A stretch of 64,000 nucleotides of DNA from Christensenellaceae bacterium (GTDB taxonomy: Bacteria > Bacillota > Clostridia > Christensenellales > CAG-138): positions 1,991 through 65,990 of the forward strand of contig JAFLSU010000008.1 of NCBI GenBank assembly GCA_022510765.1. The letters are read 5' to 3'. This document shows positions 43,509 through 51,684 of this stretch, one piece after another. The notes under the pieces were generated by a model that was given only the letters and a program-made list of their open reading frames with translations, did not search any database and had not been told where the DNA came from. How positions within the stretch are numbered: the first letter of the stretch is position 1; each line of letters starts with the position of its first letter. The position numbers and the translations under genes were made by a program.

Positions 43509-45206
43509 TTACTCTTTGCTGTTAGAGTAGTTAGTAATAACCCTAACGATATTGTCTAACATCGGTTTAAAGTTGTCAAAGTTAATATTTCTATAATTTG
43601 ACTGAATGAAGTTAGCGAAAATTTCTTTTCCGTAATGCTTTTCTTTATCAGCCTTATCATCTTTCGAAAATGTCTTTCCGGCAATAATGTGATTCCTTAT
43701 AGATTCATCAAACAAATCTTCTATTTCACATTCTTTTTTTTCTTGCACCAATTGATGTGTTATAAGGTATAAATTGCCACCATTAATTACTCTTATCCAG
43801 CGGTACGTTTCGAAATCTTTCCTGTCAGATGGGGATGTTTTAATGTGAGAGATAAACGAACCCAAAGGTTTATCCTTGTTCGACAATTCATTATCAAATA
43901 CAAAAATCACAGGATTATAAGCTTTGTTTTTACAATCATTGCTAAATACCTTGAAATAATTTGTTAACCTCGGATTTTTATCTACAAAAAAACTATACAA
44001 ATTCTTCATCGCATCAGCACCATCTTGGCTCATGCCAAAAAAATATTTAAACCTTTTCGATCTCTTTAAAAATGCCACCTTAAACTCAAAGTGTCCTTCC
44101 GGTGTCTTTTCGATGAGTTCCGGGTATTCTAAATAAAGGTTTTTCAAAGCAGATTTTATGTACTTAACATCTGTTTTGCCCTCCGTCACAATCACCGGTT
44201 TCTCATGTGCAAAAAAGTATCGATAAAATAAAAATTTTTGATATTGTTTTTCTCGACCATTTAGATTAAACACGGAATGCTGTTGTTCAGAATCCTTGAT
44301 GTTATTGAATTTATCCAATTGATCGATAAAGGAAAACTTTCCTTCTAATTGCCTGATAGTTCCCTCGACCCCATTATTATTAAAACTTTCTTCTTTATAT
44401 AGCGAATCCGCCATTGCCCTTACTTGTTTGTAATACCTATGATCAACGCTGAGTTTTTTGTTTACAACCAGTCCCGTTACCGTTTGCCTTGAATCCCTAT
44501 ACTGAACACTCGTTTTATTAGTGTTGATTTTAAATCCTGCTCGTTCAACCTCATGGGAAAGTTCGCTGTAGAAATATTCCCATTGTTCAACAAGTCGCTT
44601 GTCATTTGTTGAAAAACTTAGGTCATCGGCATATCTCGTATAGTCCAAATGATATTTTTTAGCAAGGGCTAAAACCCTCATATCGAAGATTTGGCAAATA
44701 AAATTTGTAATGATAGGCGAAGTTGGTGCACCTTGCGGCAACTTTCCCTGATAGCATGTTAACTGAGCCATAACAATCGCCAGGTCGTGAGGTAGTGCGA
44801 AATCGCGGTTTTTTTCAAAGAATCCATACACTCTGCCAAAATGGAAACTATTGAAAAAATCTTGCAGATCAATATTAGCTATGACACGTTTGTTCCTGTG
44901 TATCTCGCCATTCGTAATAATACTTTTTTCTTTTTCGAAGGCCTGTGCAATATTCGTGTGTATATTGTTTTTCTTGCGCAAAAATTGTTGGTACTGTAAA
45001 AGAACATCATAAAGTTTTTCCTGTATCTGTTTGAGGTCTCCTGTTGGAGCGCAAATCGTTCTTATTCCCCCAGACTTTTTAGGAATATCAAATGTTTTAT
45101 AGAAACTATCGACTTTAGCTGCATACAAAACATAAGTTAACTTGCTGTGAGGAATCTCTAATAAATCAGCTAAATCATTTCTCGTTAATATATGTTTGAA
45201 AGTCAT
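43509..45206 (-). CDS. Retron reverse transcriptase fused to an OLD-like TOPRIM nuclease (Ec67/Eco2-like)
   Basis: IPKKSGGIRTI, NGEIH (NAxxH variant), DLQDFF, LPQGAPTSP, YTRYADD, VTGLVVN; C-terminal VIVTEGKTD, FVFDNE, EIEDLF; ncRNA upstream. Confidence 0.93.
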   Translation of the reverse strand: MTFKHILTRNDLADLLEIPHSKLTYVLYAAKVDSFYKTFDIPKKSGGIRTICAPTGDLKQIQEKLYDVLLQYQQFLRKKNNIHTNIAQAFEKEKSIITNGEIHRNKRVIANIDLQDFFNSFHFGRVYGFFEKNRDFALPHDLAIVMAQLTCYQGKLPQGAPTSPIITNFICQIFDMRVLALAKKYHLDYTRYADDLSFSTNDKRLVEQWEYFYSELSHEVERAGFKINTNKTSVQYRDSRQTVTGLVVNKKLSVDHRYYKQVRAMADSLYKEESFNNNGVEGTIRQLEGKFSFIDQLDKFNNIKDSEQQHSVFNLNGREKQYQKFLFYRYFFAHEKPVIVTEGKTDVKYIKSALKNLYLEYPELIEKTPEGHFEFKVAFLKRSKRFKYFFGMSQDGADAMKNLYSFFVDKNPRLTNYFKVFSNDCKNKAYNPVIFVFDNELSNKDKPLGSFISHIKTSPSDRKDFETYRWIRVINGGNLYLITHQLVQEKKECEIEDLFDESIRNHIIAGKTFSKDDKADKEKHYGKEIFANFIQSNYRNINFDNFKPMLDNIVRVITNYSNSKE

Positions 45207-45227
45207 AGAATACGCTCCTACAGGATA

Positions 45228-45360
45228 ACAGCGTATGGCAACTCTTTACGCGGAAATTACAGCGATCTAAGAGACAAGCAATGATGGATGGACGCAAATG
45301 CCGCTACCATTTTAGTCAACGCTTGCGAAACACAAGCCCAAAATCTTGCCATACGCTTGT
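45228..45360 (-). ncRNA. Retron msr-msd ncRNA
   Basis: Perfect 12-bp inverted repeat agcgtatggcaa (45230-45241) / ttgccatacgct (45346-45357); on the transcript the 5' arm is followed by G (45345) and the stem gcttgtg-ttt-cgcaagc. Confidence 0.85.
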
Positions 45361-45364
45361 CGAC

Positions 45365-45393
45365 ATTATAACACATTTTTCTTTATTATTCAA
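45365..45393 (-). promoter_or_regulatory. Sigma-A promoter of the retron
   Basis: Minus strand TTGAAT-17 bp-TATAAT with TGn extension; predicted start (about 45358-45360) coincides with the ncRNA 5' arm. Confidence 0.85.
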
Positions 45394-45492
45394 TCGCCTG
45401 TTAAACAACGATTTATCAAATTTTCCTTTGGAATAATCTACCAATAAATATTTTATACTTGCAACCATCAATAAGCGCAATTACGCGAAACG

Positions 45493-45611
45493 CAAATCTT
45501 TATTTTTTTTGACAAATATGTTATCATCTTAGACATTATTGAACAAGGAACGGGATCGAAATGAACATTAAGCGTTTTTTCGGCGATAAGAACTTCTACA
45601 AGACGGTGCTT
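45493..45611 (+). repeat. Right (intact) copy of the 119-bp direct repeat
   Basis: Matches 43115-43233 and continues into the full MATE ORF. Confidence 0.95.
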
Positions 45612-46946
45612 GCCATCGCAGTACCCGTCATGATACAGAGCGGCATAACGCAATTTGTCAGCGTGCTCGACAACCTCATGGTGGGCAGGATCGGTACCGA
45701 ACAGATGAGCGGCGTTGCAATATCGAACCAGCTTATTTTCGTATTCAACCTGTGCATCTTCGGCGGTCTTTCGGGCGCGGGAATATTTGGAGCGCAGTTT
45801 GCGGGCAAGGGTGATTCGGACGGGATCCGCCATGTATTCCGTTTTAAGCTCATAGTTTGTATTCTAATATGTGCGTTAGGGCTTTTGGTGCTTGGGTTTG
45901 CGAATGAACCCCTTATCAACCTTTTCCTTCACGAGGGCAGCGCGGAGGGCAATCTTGTTGCAACGCTGAACTACGGCAAGGATTATCTTCTCATAATGCT
46001 TATAGGGCTTGCGCCATATGCATTGGCTCAGTGTTATGCCTCGACCCTGCGTGAATCCGGGGAAACCGTCATACCCATGATCGGCAGCGGCTCGGCGGTG
46101 CTTATAAACCTCGTGTTTAATTATTTGCTCATCTTCGGTAAACTTGGTTTTCCGGAGCTTGGTGTCAACGGCGCTGCCATAGCGACGGTCATCTCCCGCT
46201 TTGCGGAGCTTGCGATAATGGGCATCTGGGCGCATGTGCGTAGGGATCGTTTTCCATTCTTTTCTGACGCATACCGCTCACTCCGACTGCCCCGTTCGCT
46301 TGCGCGCGATATTATCATCAAGGGGATGCCCCTGCTTGCAAACGAAACGCTTTGGTCGGCTGGCATGTCGATGCTTACACAGTGCTACTCCACCAGGGGG
46401 CTTGCTGCCATTGCCGCTATCAACATAACCGGCACGGTTTCAAACCTTTTCAACGTGGTATACATGTCGATCGGCTCCAGCATAGGCATAATCGTTGGAA
46501 ACCTCCTCGGAGCGAACAAGCTGGATGAAGCGCGAGAGACCGACACTAAGATTATTTCCATGAGCGTACTTGGGTGTTTCATATTTGGCGGATTGCTTGC
46601 CATTAGCTCGGGACTCATCCCCCAGCTTTACAATACGACTGACGAAGTCAAGGGACTTGCTACCTCCTTCCTTCTCATTTGTGCGGTTATGATGCCCTTC
46701 CATGCGTTCACTCACGCCTGCTACTTTACCCTGCGTTCGGGCGGACAGACACGCATAACCATGCTTTTCGACAGTTGTTATGTATGGATCATCTGCATAC
46801 CCGTTGCGTATGTACTCAGCAGGTTTACGTCTATCGACATTGTATCCATGTACTTCATCTGCACAGCACTGGAGTTAATTAAATGCGTGATCGGATTCTT
46901 CTTTATAAAGAGCGGAAAATGGATGAAAAATATTGTTAAAACGTAA
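45561..46946 (+). CDS. MATE family efflux transporter
   Basis: About 12 TM helices, DNLMVG, LRESGET, LIFGKLGFPELGVNGAAIATVISR. Confidence 0.93.
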   Translation: MNIKRFFGDKNFYKTVLAIAVPVMIQSGITQFVSVLDNLMVGRIGTEQMSGVAISNQLIFVFNLCIFGGLSGAGIFGAQFAGKGDSDGIRHVFRFKLIVCILICALGLLVLGFANEPLINLFLHEGSAEGNLVATLNYGKDYLLIMLIGLAPYALAQCYASTLRESGETVIPMIGSGSAVLINLVFNYLLIFGKLGFPELGVNGAAIATVISRFAELAIMGIWAHVRRDRFPFFSDAYRSLRLPRSLARDIIIKGMPLLANETLWSAGMSMLTQCYSTRGLAAIAAINITGTVSNLFNVVYMSIGSSIGIIVGNLLGANKLDEARETDTKIISMSVLGCFIFGGLLAISSGLIPQLYNTTDEVKGLATSFLLICAVMMPFHAFTHACYFTLRSGGQTRITMLFDSCYVWIICIPVAYVLSRFTSIDIVSMYFICTALELIKCVIGFFFIKSGKWMKNIVKT

Positions 46947-46992
46947 TCAGTTCATTGATTCATGCGTTTTGGAATGATCCCCAAATAACATT

Positions 46993-47037
46993 TTGAGCGC
47001 TTTAGGGGACCTATTCGAAATCCCCAAAAGCGCTCAA
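46993..47037. terminator. Bidirectional terminator
   Basis: ttgagcgcttt-a-gggga...tcccc-a-aaagcgctcaa between convergent genes. Confidence 0.85.
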
Positions 47038-47063
47038 TTAAATTTTTAAGAACTTTAAACAAC

Positions 47064-48071
47064 CTACTCTCCAAATTCTTCAGCGGCTCTCTTGAGCATT
47101 TCCCTGATCGGAAGCCCGTACGGACAGCGCGGTTCACATTTTCCGCAGCCGATGCACGCGCTCGCCTTCACAGGCAGGCTCGAATATCTATCCTTTGCCC
47201 AGTCAGAAAGACCGTAGCGTTCAAGATAGCCCGCAAAAAGAAATACGCTTGGTATGCCGATTCCAACAGTACATGGTGCGCAATAGTTGCACCTGCGGCA
47301 GAAATTGCCTGTAAGCGTCTCTCGAATCCTTACAATACGCTCGTTTTCTGCATCAGTAAGCGGTGAAAGATCGGAGCCTGCAACGGTGTTTATGCGCACT
47401 TCCTCCGGGCGATACATTCCCGGAATCACGACCGTAACATTCGGATTCGTAACGAGATAGCGCATTGCCGCCTCGCCGTCCTCTATCGCTCCCCCTGCCA
47501 TTGGTTTCATAGCAATGAACCCGATATTGCGTTCCCGACATTTATCAAGCAGGTACTCGCACTGACTTTCAACAATGTTATACGGGAACATTATCGTTTC
47601 GACCCAGTCAAGTTCTAGCGCACGTTCGAACACGGATAATGCATGAGCTGTAATGCCGATATGCCCTATTCTTCCATCCGCCTTGGCGGCAAGCAGTGCT
47701 TCAAGCGCACCGCTCTCACCGGTGACGGTGTTCAGGTTCTCCATGCTTGGGTTATGAACCTGATACAGGTCGATATAGTCGGTCTTTAGATTGCGAAGGC
47801 TCGTTTCGATATCGTTTGCCATCGCTTCGGCCGTCCGCGCCATGCTCTTGGTTGCAAGAATGAACTTATCCCGCCTGTCTGCAATGGCGTTTCCTATAAG
47901 CTCCTCGCTTATCGTGTAACCCCTCGCCGTATCGATGTAGTTTACGCCATATTCGATGAGCGTATCTATGAGTTCGTTCGCCCCCTGTTGATCGATTCGC
48001 TGGATCGGAATTCCTCCAAAGCCAACACGCGAGACATGAAGCCCCGTTTTGCCTAAAGTTACATACTGCAT
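47064..48071 (-). CDS. Aldo/keto reductase with C-terminal 4Fe-4S domain
   Basis: LGKTGL.VS..GFG, IDTARGY, YIDLYQVH; CRRCNYCAPC and CIGCGKCEPRCP. Confidence 0.9.
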   Translation of the reverse strand: MQYVTLGKTGLHVSRVGFGGIPIQRIDQQGANELIDTLIEYGVNYIDTARGYTISEELIGNAIADRRDKFILATKSMARTAEAMANDIETSLRNLKTDYIDLYQVHNPSMENLNTVTGESGALEALLAAKADGRIGHIGITAHALSVFERALELDWVETIMFPYNIVESQCEYLLDKCRERNIGFIAMKPMAGGAIEDGEAAMRYLVTNPNVTVVIPGMYRPEEVRINTVAGSDLSPLTDAENERIVRIRETLTGNFCRRCNYCAPCTVGIGIPSVFLFAGYLERYGLSDWAKDRYSSLPVKASACIGCGKCEPRCPYGLPIREMLKRAAEEFGE

Positions 48072-48209
48072 AATATGTCCCCCATGTTTAAGTTAATTAT
48101 TACCTTTTTGTTGCTCCATTCCGCAGCTGCATATCGAGCACAAATCCATTTTAGCATAACTTAGTCATGATTTAAAGACCCGAAAATGCTCGAATACAAT
48201 TGAAACCAT

Positions 48210-48539
48210 TCAACCAAGTTTGTCTCCGTTCTTTACGGTTTTGTCCGTGGTTATCAGCACTACTCCGCCTTCGCTGTAGGTCCCTAGAACCAGTACTTCG
48301 GACATGAAATTTGCTATCTGTCTTGGCGGAAAATTGACAACGGCAAGCACCTGTTTCCCGATCAACTCCTCAGGCGTGTATTTCTCTGTGATCTGTGCGG
48401 ATGATCTCTTTATGCCAATCTCATCGCCAAAATCTATTTGAAGCTGATAAGCAGGCTTTCTCGCTCGCCCAAACACCTTTGCATCCAAAATGGTGCCCAC
48501 TCGGATATCCAACTTCATAAAACCATCAATTGTCGCCAT
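48210..48539 (-). CDS. csaA: tRNA-binding protein / chaperone CsaA
   Basis: LDIRVGTI, SSAQIT, VVNFPPRQIANFMSEVLVLG. Confidence 0.9.
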   Translation of the reverse strand: MATIDGFMKLDIRVGTILDAKVFGRARKPAYQLQIDFGDEIGIKRSSAQITEKYTPEELIGKQVLAVVNFPPRQIANFMSEVLVLGTYSEGGVVLITTDKTVKNGDKLG

Positions 48540-48584
48540 CGTATATCCATCCTTTCAATTTAGGTACGCAGAACTTATCGTCCG

Positions 48585-49445
48585 TCACAGGCTCCGTTTA
48601 CAAACCAAGCGGCCATAACCGCCGACAAATACGGAATCTATCACATCGTCATGGTATTCAATATTCACCTCAATTCGTGAAACTTCTCCGAGGTTATGGC
48701 CTTGTTCAAACACATACTGTGTTTTCTTCTTATAATATTTAAAAAGATAGCAGGCTAAAGCGCAATTCGATGTTCCGGTTGCCGATTCTTCATCAATTCC
48801 ATAGAGTGGAGCAAAATTCCTGCATATTGCCGTTACATTAGAATCCTTCGTTAAAGTAAAGGCATGCACTCCGACAACATCTTTCTCCATGCTTAAATCC
48901 GTCATGACTTCAAAATCCGGAGTCAATCCTTCCAAATGCTCCATTGTGTCAATAGGGAGCATAATATCCTTTAATCCCGTAGAAATTATCTGTATTGGCA
49001 AAGAATTATCAATAAATAGATCTTCTAAGCAGCCCGCAAACATATCGGGTTTTAAAACCTCAAAGCATTCCGGGCAATTCTGTTCCATGAATATCATGCC
49101 ATTTTCTTTAACATGGATTCTAAGTATCCCGGCCTTGGTCTCTATCTTATAATCCTGCTTTTCAAGCATATTTAATAGCTTAAGAATATAAAACGCAGCT
49201 ATCGTAGCATGGCCGCATAGCGGAACCTCATCCGTTGGGGTATAGTACTCCAGTTTATAATCCGCTGCGCTTGAATTCAACACAAAAGCAGTCTCGGAGT
49301 AGCCCAGTTCCCTCGCTATGCTTAGCTTTTGCGCAGCGGTTAAATCCGCCTCATTAATGACTACTCCGGCTTTATTTCCGCCACTACCATTCTTGCTAAA
49401 GGCGCTTGCAACATATATATCCATCATCCTCTTCTCTGCTTTCAA
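48585..49445 (-). CDS. PhzF family isomerase
   Basis: GGNKAGVV, SETAF, EVPLCGHATIA, EESATGTSN. Confidence 0.92.
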   Translation of the reverse strand: MKAEKRMMDIYVASAFSKNGSGGNKAGVVINEADLTAAQKLSIARELGYSETAFVLNSSAADYKLEYYTPTDEVPLCGHATIAAFYILKLLNMLEKQDYKIETKAGILRIHVKENGMIFMEQNCPECFEVLKPDMFAGCLEDLFIDNSLPIQIISTGLKDIMLPIDTMEHLEGLTPDFEVMTDLSMEKDVVGVHAFTLTKDSNVTAICRNFAPLYGIDEESATGTSNCALACYLFKYYKKKTQYVFEQGHNLGEVSRIEVNIEYHDDVIDSVFVGGYGRLVCKRSL

Positions 49446-49459
49446 TCTGCAAATATTGC

Positions 49460-50287
49460 TTAATATGAAAGCATTTCTTCATCGAACATCTTTTGTGCAT
49501 TCATCGTTGTTATCCTGCACTTTTCCAAGGTCTTATCAAAAAGCTTGTCCGTGATCTTGGGTAAATGCTCCCGTATCACTTTAACGCCCTCTTCCGTAAT
49601 TCCACCCTTTGTAGCAACTCTTAAAACTACATCCTCAAACGAATAATCATCCGCAAGCATCAGTTCGCCTGTTCCAACCATTGTCTTAAGGAGCATTTGA
49701 ATGATCTCCTTATTAGAAATTCGGGTGCGTTTTTTTGCTGATGCAAAAAATTCGTTGAATATGGCAGCAATAAAGCCCGGCATGCAGCTTACCAAATCCG
49801 CACCAATATCAATTTCATTCTCCGGAAGTTCTATTACATCGCCCATGCAGCGAAGCAATTTGGCAAGATAAGCTTTGTCCGTTTCGCTTACCGCTTCATT
49901 GAAGCAAACCAATGTTTGCGATTTATTCACCTCCGCAGTTACCGCCGGAATTACCTTTGCGATTTTATTCCTGCAAACGGATTCCAGCTGTTCAAACGTG
50001 ATGCTTCCGTTCAATGAAATAAGGAGCGTATCTTCACTTATCGCCTGCCTGATCTCCGAGAAAACCTCTCTCATTTCGGTGGGTTCGACGCAGATAAATA
50101 TAATATCCGCTAACGAAGCCAGTTCTGCATTGCCCTCGCATACATTATATGTACCCTTCAAATGAGCGATTTTTTCCTTTGTTCTGTTTGAAACAAACAG
50201 TTCGATTTCGGATAATTCCTGAGCACGGGCTATTTTTTCCAAGATCATTTTACCCATACTGCCATAACCAATGATTCCTATTTTCAT
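49460..50287 (-). CDS. Pyrroline-5-carboxylate reductase-like (ProC/ComER family)
   Basis: IGIIGYGSMG, SCMPGF, VATKGGITEEG. Confidence 0.8.
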   Translation of the reverse strand: MKIGIIGYGSMGKMILEKIARAQELSEIELFVSNRTKEKIAHLKGTYNVCEGNAELASLADIIFICVEPTEMREVFSEIRQAISEDTLLISLNGSITFEQLESVCRNKIAKVIPAVTAEVNKSQTLVCFNEAVSETDKAYLAKLLRCMGDVIELPENEIDIGADLVSCMPGFIAAIFNEFFASAKKRTRISNKEIIQMLLKTMVGTGELMLADDYSFEDVVLRVATKGGITEEGVKVIREHLPKITDKLFDKTLEKCRITTMNAQKMFDEEMLSY

Positions 50288-50305
50288 TTTTTCATCTCCT
50301 TGCTA

Positions 50306-50380
50306 TCAAAAATATGTCCACATTGTTTTTCGATTCAGTTTTCTTCTCTCCGCTCCGCTAGATATGCGATTCTTTTTCAT
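50306..50380 (-). other. 24-codon ORF with strong RBS (gene remnant or small peptide)
   Basis: AAAGGAG-8 nt-ATG; MKKNRISSGAERRKLNRKTMWTYF*. Confidence 0.35.
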
Positions 50381-50517
50381 AATTATTTCTCCTTTACACC
50401 TATCCTACACACTAGACATGCGTTTTGTGCTAATAGAGTTATTCGGCATGTTATTGTTAATCTAAAATGATTTCTAAAACACCTCTAAGTCACTTGTCGT
50501 GTTGAAAATATATTTTG

Positions 50518-51333
50518 TCATTGATTGTCAAATTTTTGCACATATTTACATTTAGGAAAATTAGAACATCCATAGAATTGATTACCCGCATTTGCTCCTC
50601 TTTTCGCCGTTTTAAGAATAAGCTGACCCCCGCATTTTGGACACAAAACTATATCCTGTGATTTATTCGTCTCAGGTTTTGATTCATCCGTAATGCTTGG
50701 CGCGGGTATGGTTTTTTTATATTTTATATTAATGTTTGCAATATGGGCTTCTCTAGTTGCTGCATCAACATTAGTCAGGATTTTAAGCCTGTTATAGATT
50801 TCGTCTACCCTTTCATTCGATAGCACGTCCTCCGCATTTTCCCATATACTGCAAACCGTGGCATAAAGTCCGTCCCTCTTTATCACACGAGCATCCGCGC
50901 TATCCAAAGATATCTTTTTCAATTCACAGCGTTCAGAAAATACAATTAACGAAAAGAGCGGAATCTCATCTTGCAGATACAAGCCCAACCATTTCATGTG
51001 CGTCCTGTTCTGTTTGATTGGATTATAAAATTGATTCTTTTCCTTGTTTGGTAACATTGCCGTCCAATAGGATGATTTCTCATTTCCAAAAATCCAACCT
51101 GAATAATTTTTGCTTTCGATAACAAAAATACCTTTTTGAGTGATGAATACAACATCAATTTCCGATGTCTCACCATTGTCTTTAGGAACATAAATATTCC
51201 TTAAGATTTTCCCCTTGCGGCCAAACAACCTGACGAAATTAAGTTCTCTCTCTGTAAGCTTCTCACCTCTACGACCTACCCAATTAGCGTCAAAAATTCT
51301 ATCCAGTATGATATCAATTAACCCTTTTGCCAT
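50518..51333 (-). CDS. NERD nuclease domain protein with topoisomerase C4 zinc finger
   Basis: GRRGE, EIDVV...GIFVIESKNYSG, NPIKQN..H; CPKCGG...FYGCSNFPKC. Confidence 0.9.
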   Translation of the reverse strand: MAKGLIDIILDRIFDANWVGRRGEKLTERELNFVRLFGRKGKILRNIYVPKDNGETSEIDVVFITQKGIFVIESKNYSGWIFGNEKSSYWTAMLPNKEKNQFYNPIKQNRTHMKWLGLYLQDEIPLFSLIVFSERCELKKISLDSADARVIKRDGLYATVCSIWENAEDVLSNERVDEIYNRLKILTNVDAATREAHIANINIKYKKTIPAPSITDESKPETNKSQDIVLCPKCGGQLILKTAKRGANAGNQFYGCSNFPKCKYVQKFDNQ

Positions 51334-51684
51334 ATCTTCACCTTCTTTGTATTTCTATCATCGGTTTTTAAACGTAATTTTTCTGCAAATTCAACTTTTT
51401 TCTCTTATTGATTACTCACATAATAATATCACAATAAGAAGTTTCTTTTTCGTGTTGGCAACAATCACAAATACTATTTGCCCCACATATAATAAAATCC
51501 AATACTCACTCCCCTAAAAAATTCTGTTGCTCTGTTTGCACAGAACAGGCTCTATCGAATGATTTCACGGGAGTGTTCCCGTAAACTCCTCAAATCATAA
51601 GCCTTTCCTTTCATCCCATTCACCTTTCTGCTCACCATATTCTTTCATTATGTCCCTTGCAGAGCGATTCATAAAGCATTCACC

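Noticed and set aside
43509-45206. RT as a group II intron, DGR or CRISPR-associated RT
   Set aside because: No maturase/X domain, intron domain V, TR/VR pair or cas1/array was seen. The VTG motif, TOPRIM fusion and upstream inverted arms fit a retron.
43115-45611. 119-bp repeats as a DGR template/variable repeat pair
   Set aside because: The copies cover a promoter region and gene start rather than a C-terminal variable region, and several differences are at non-adenine positions.
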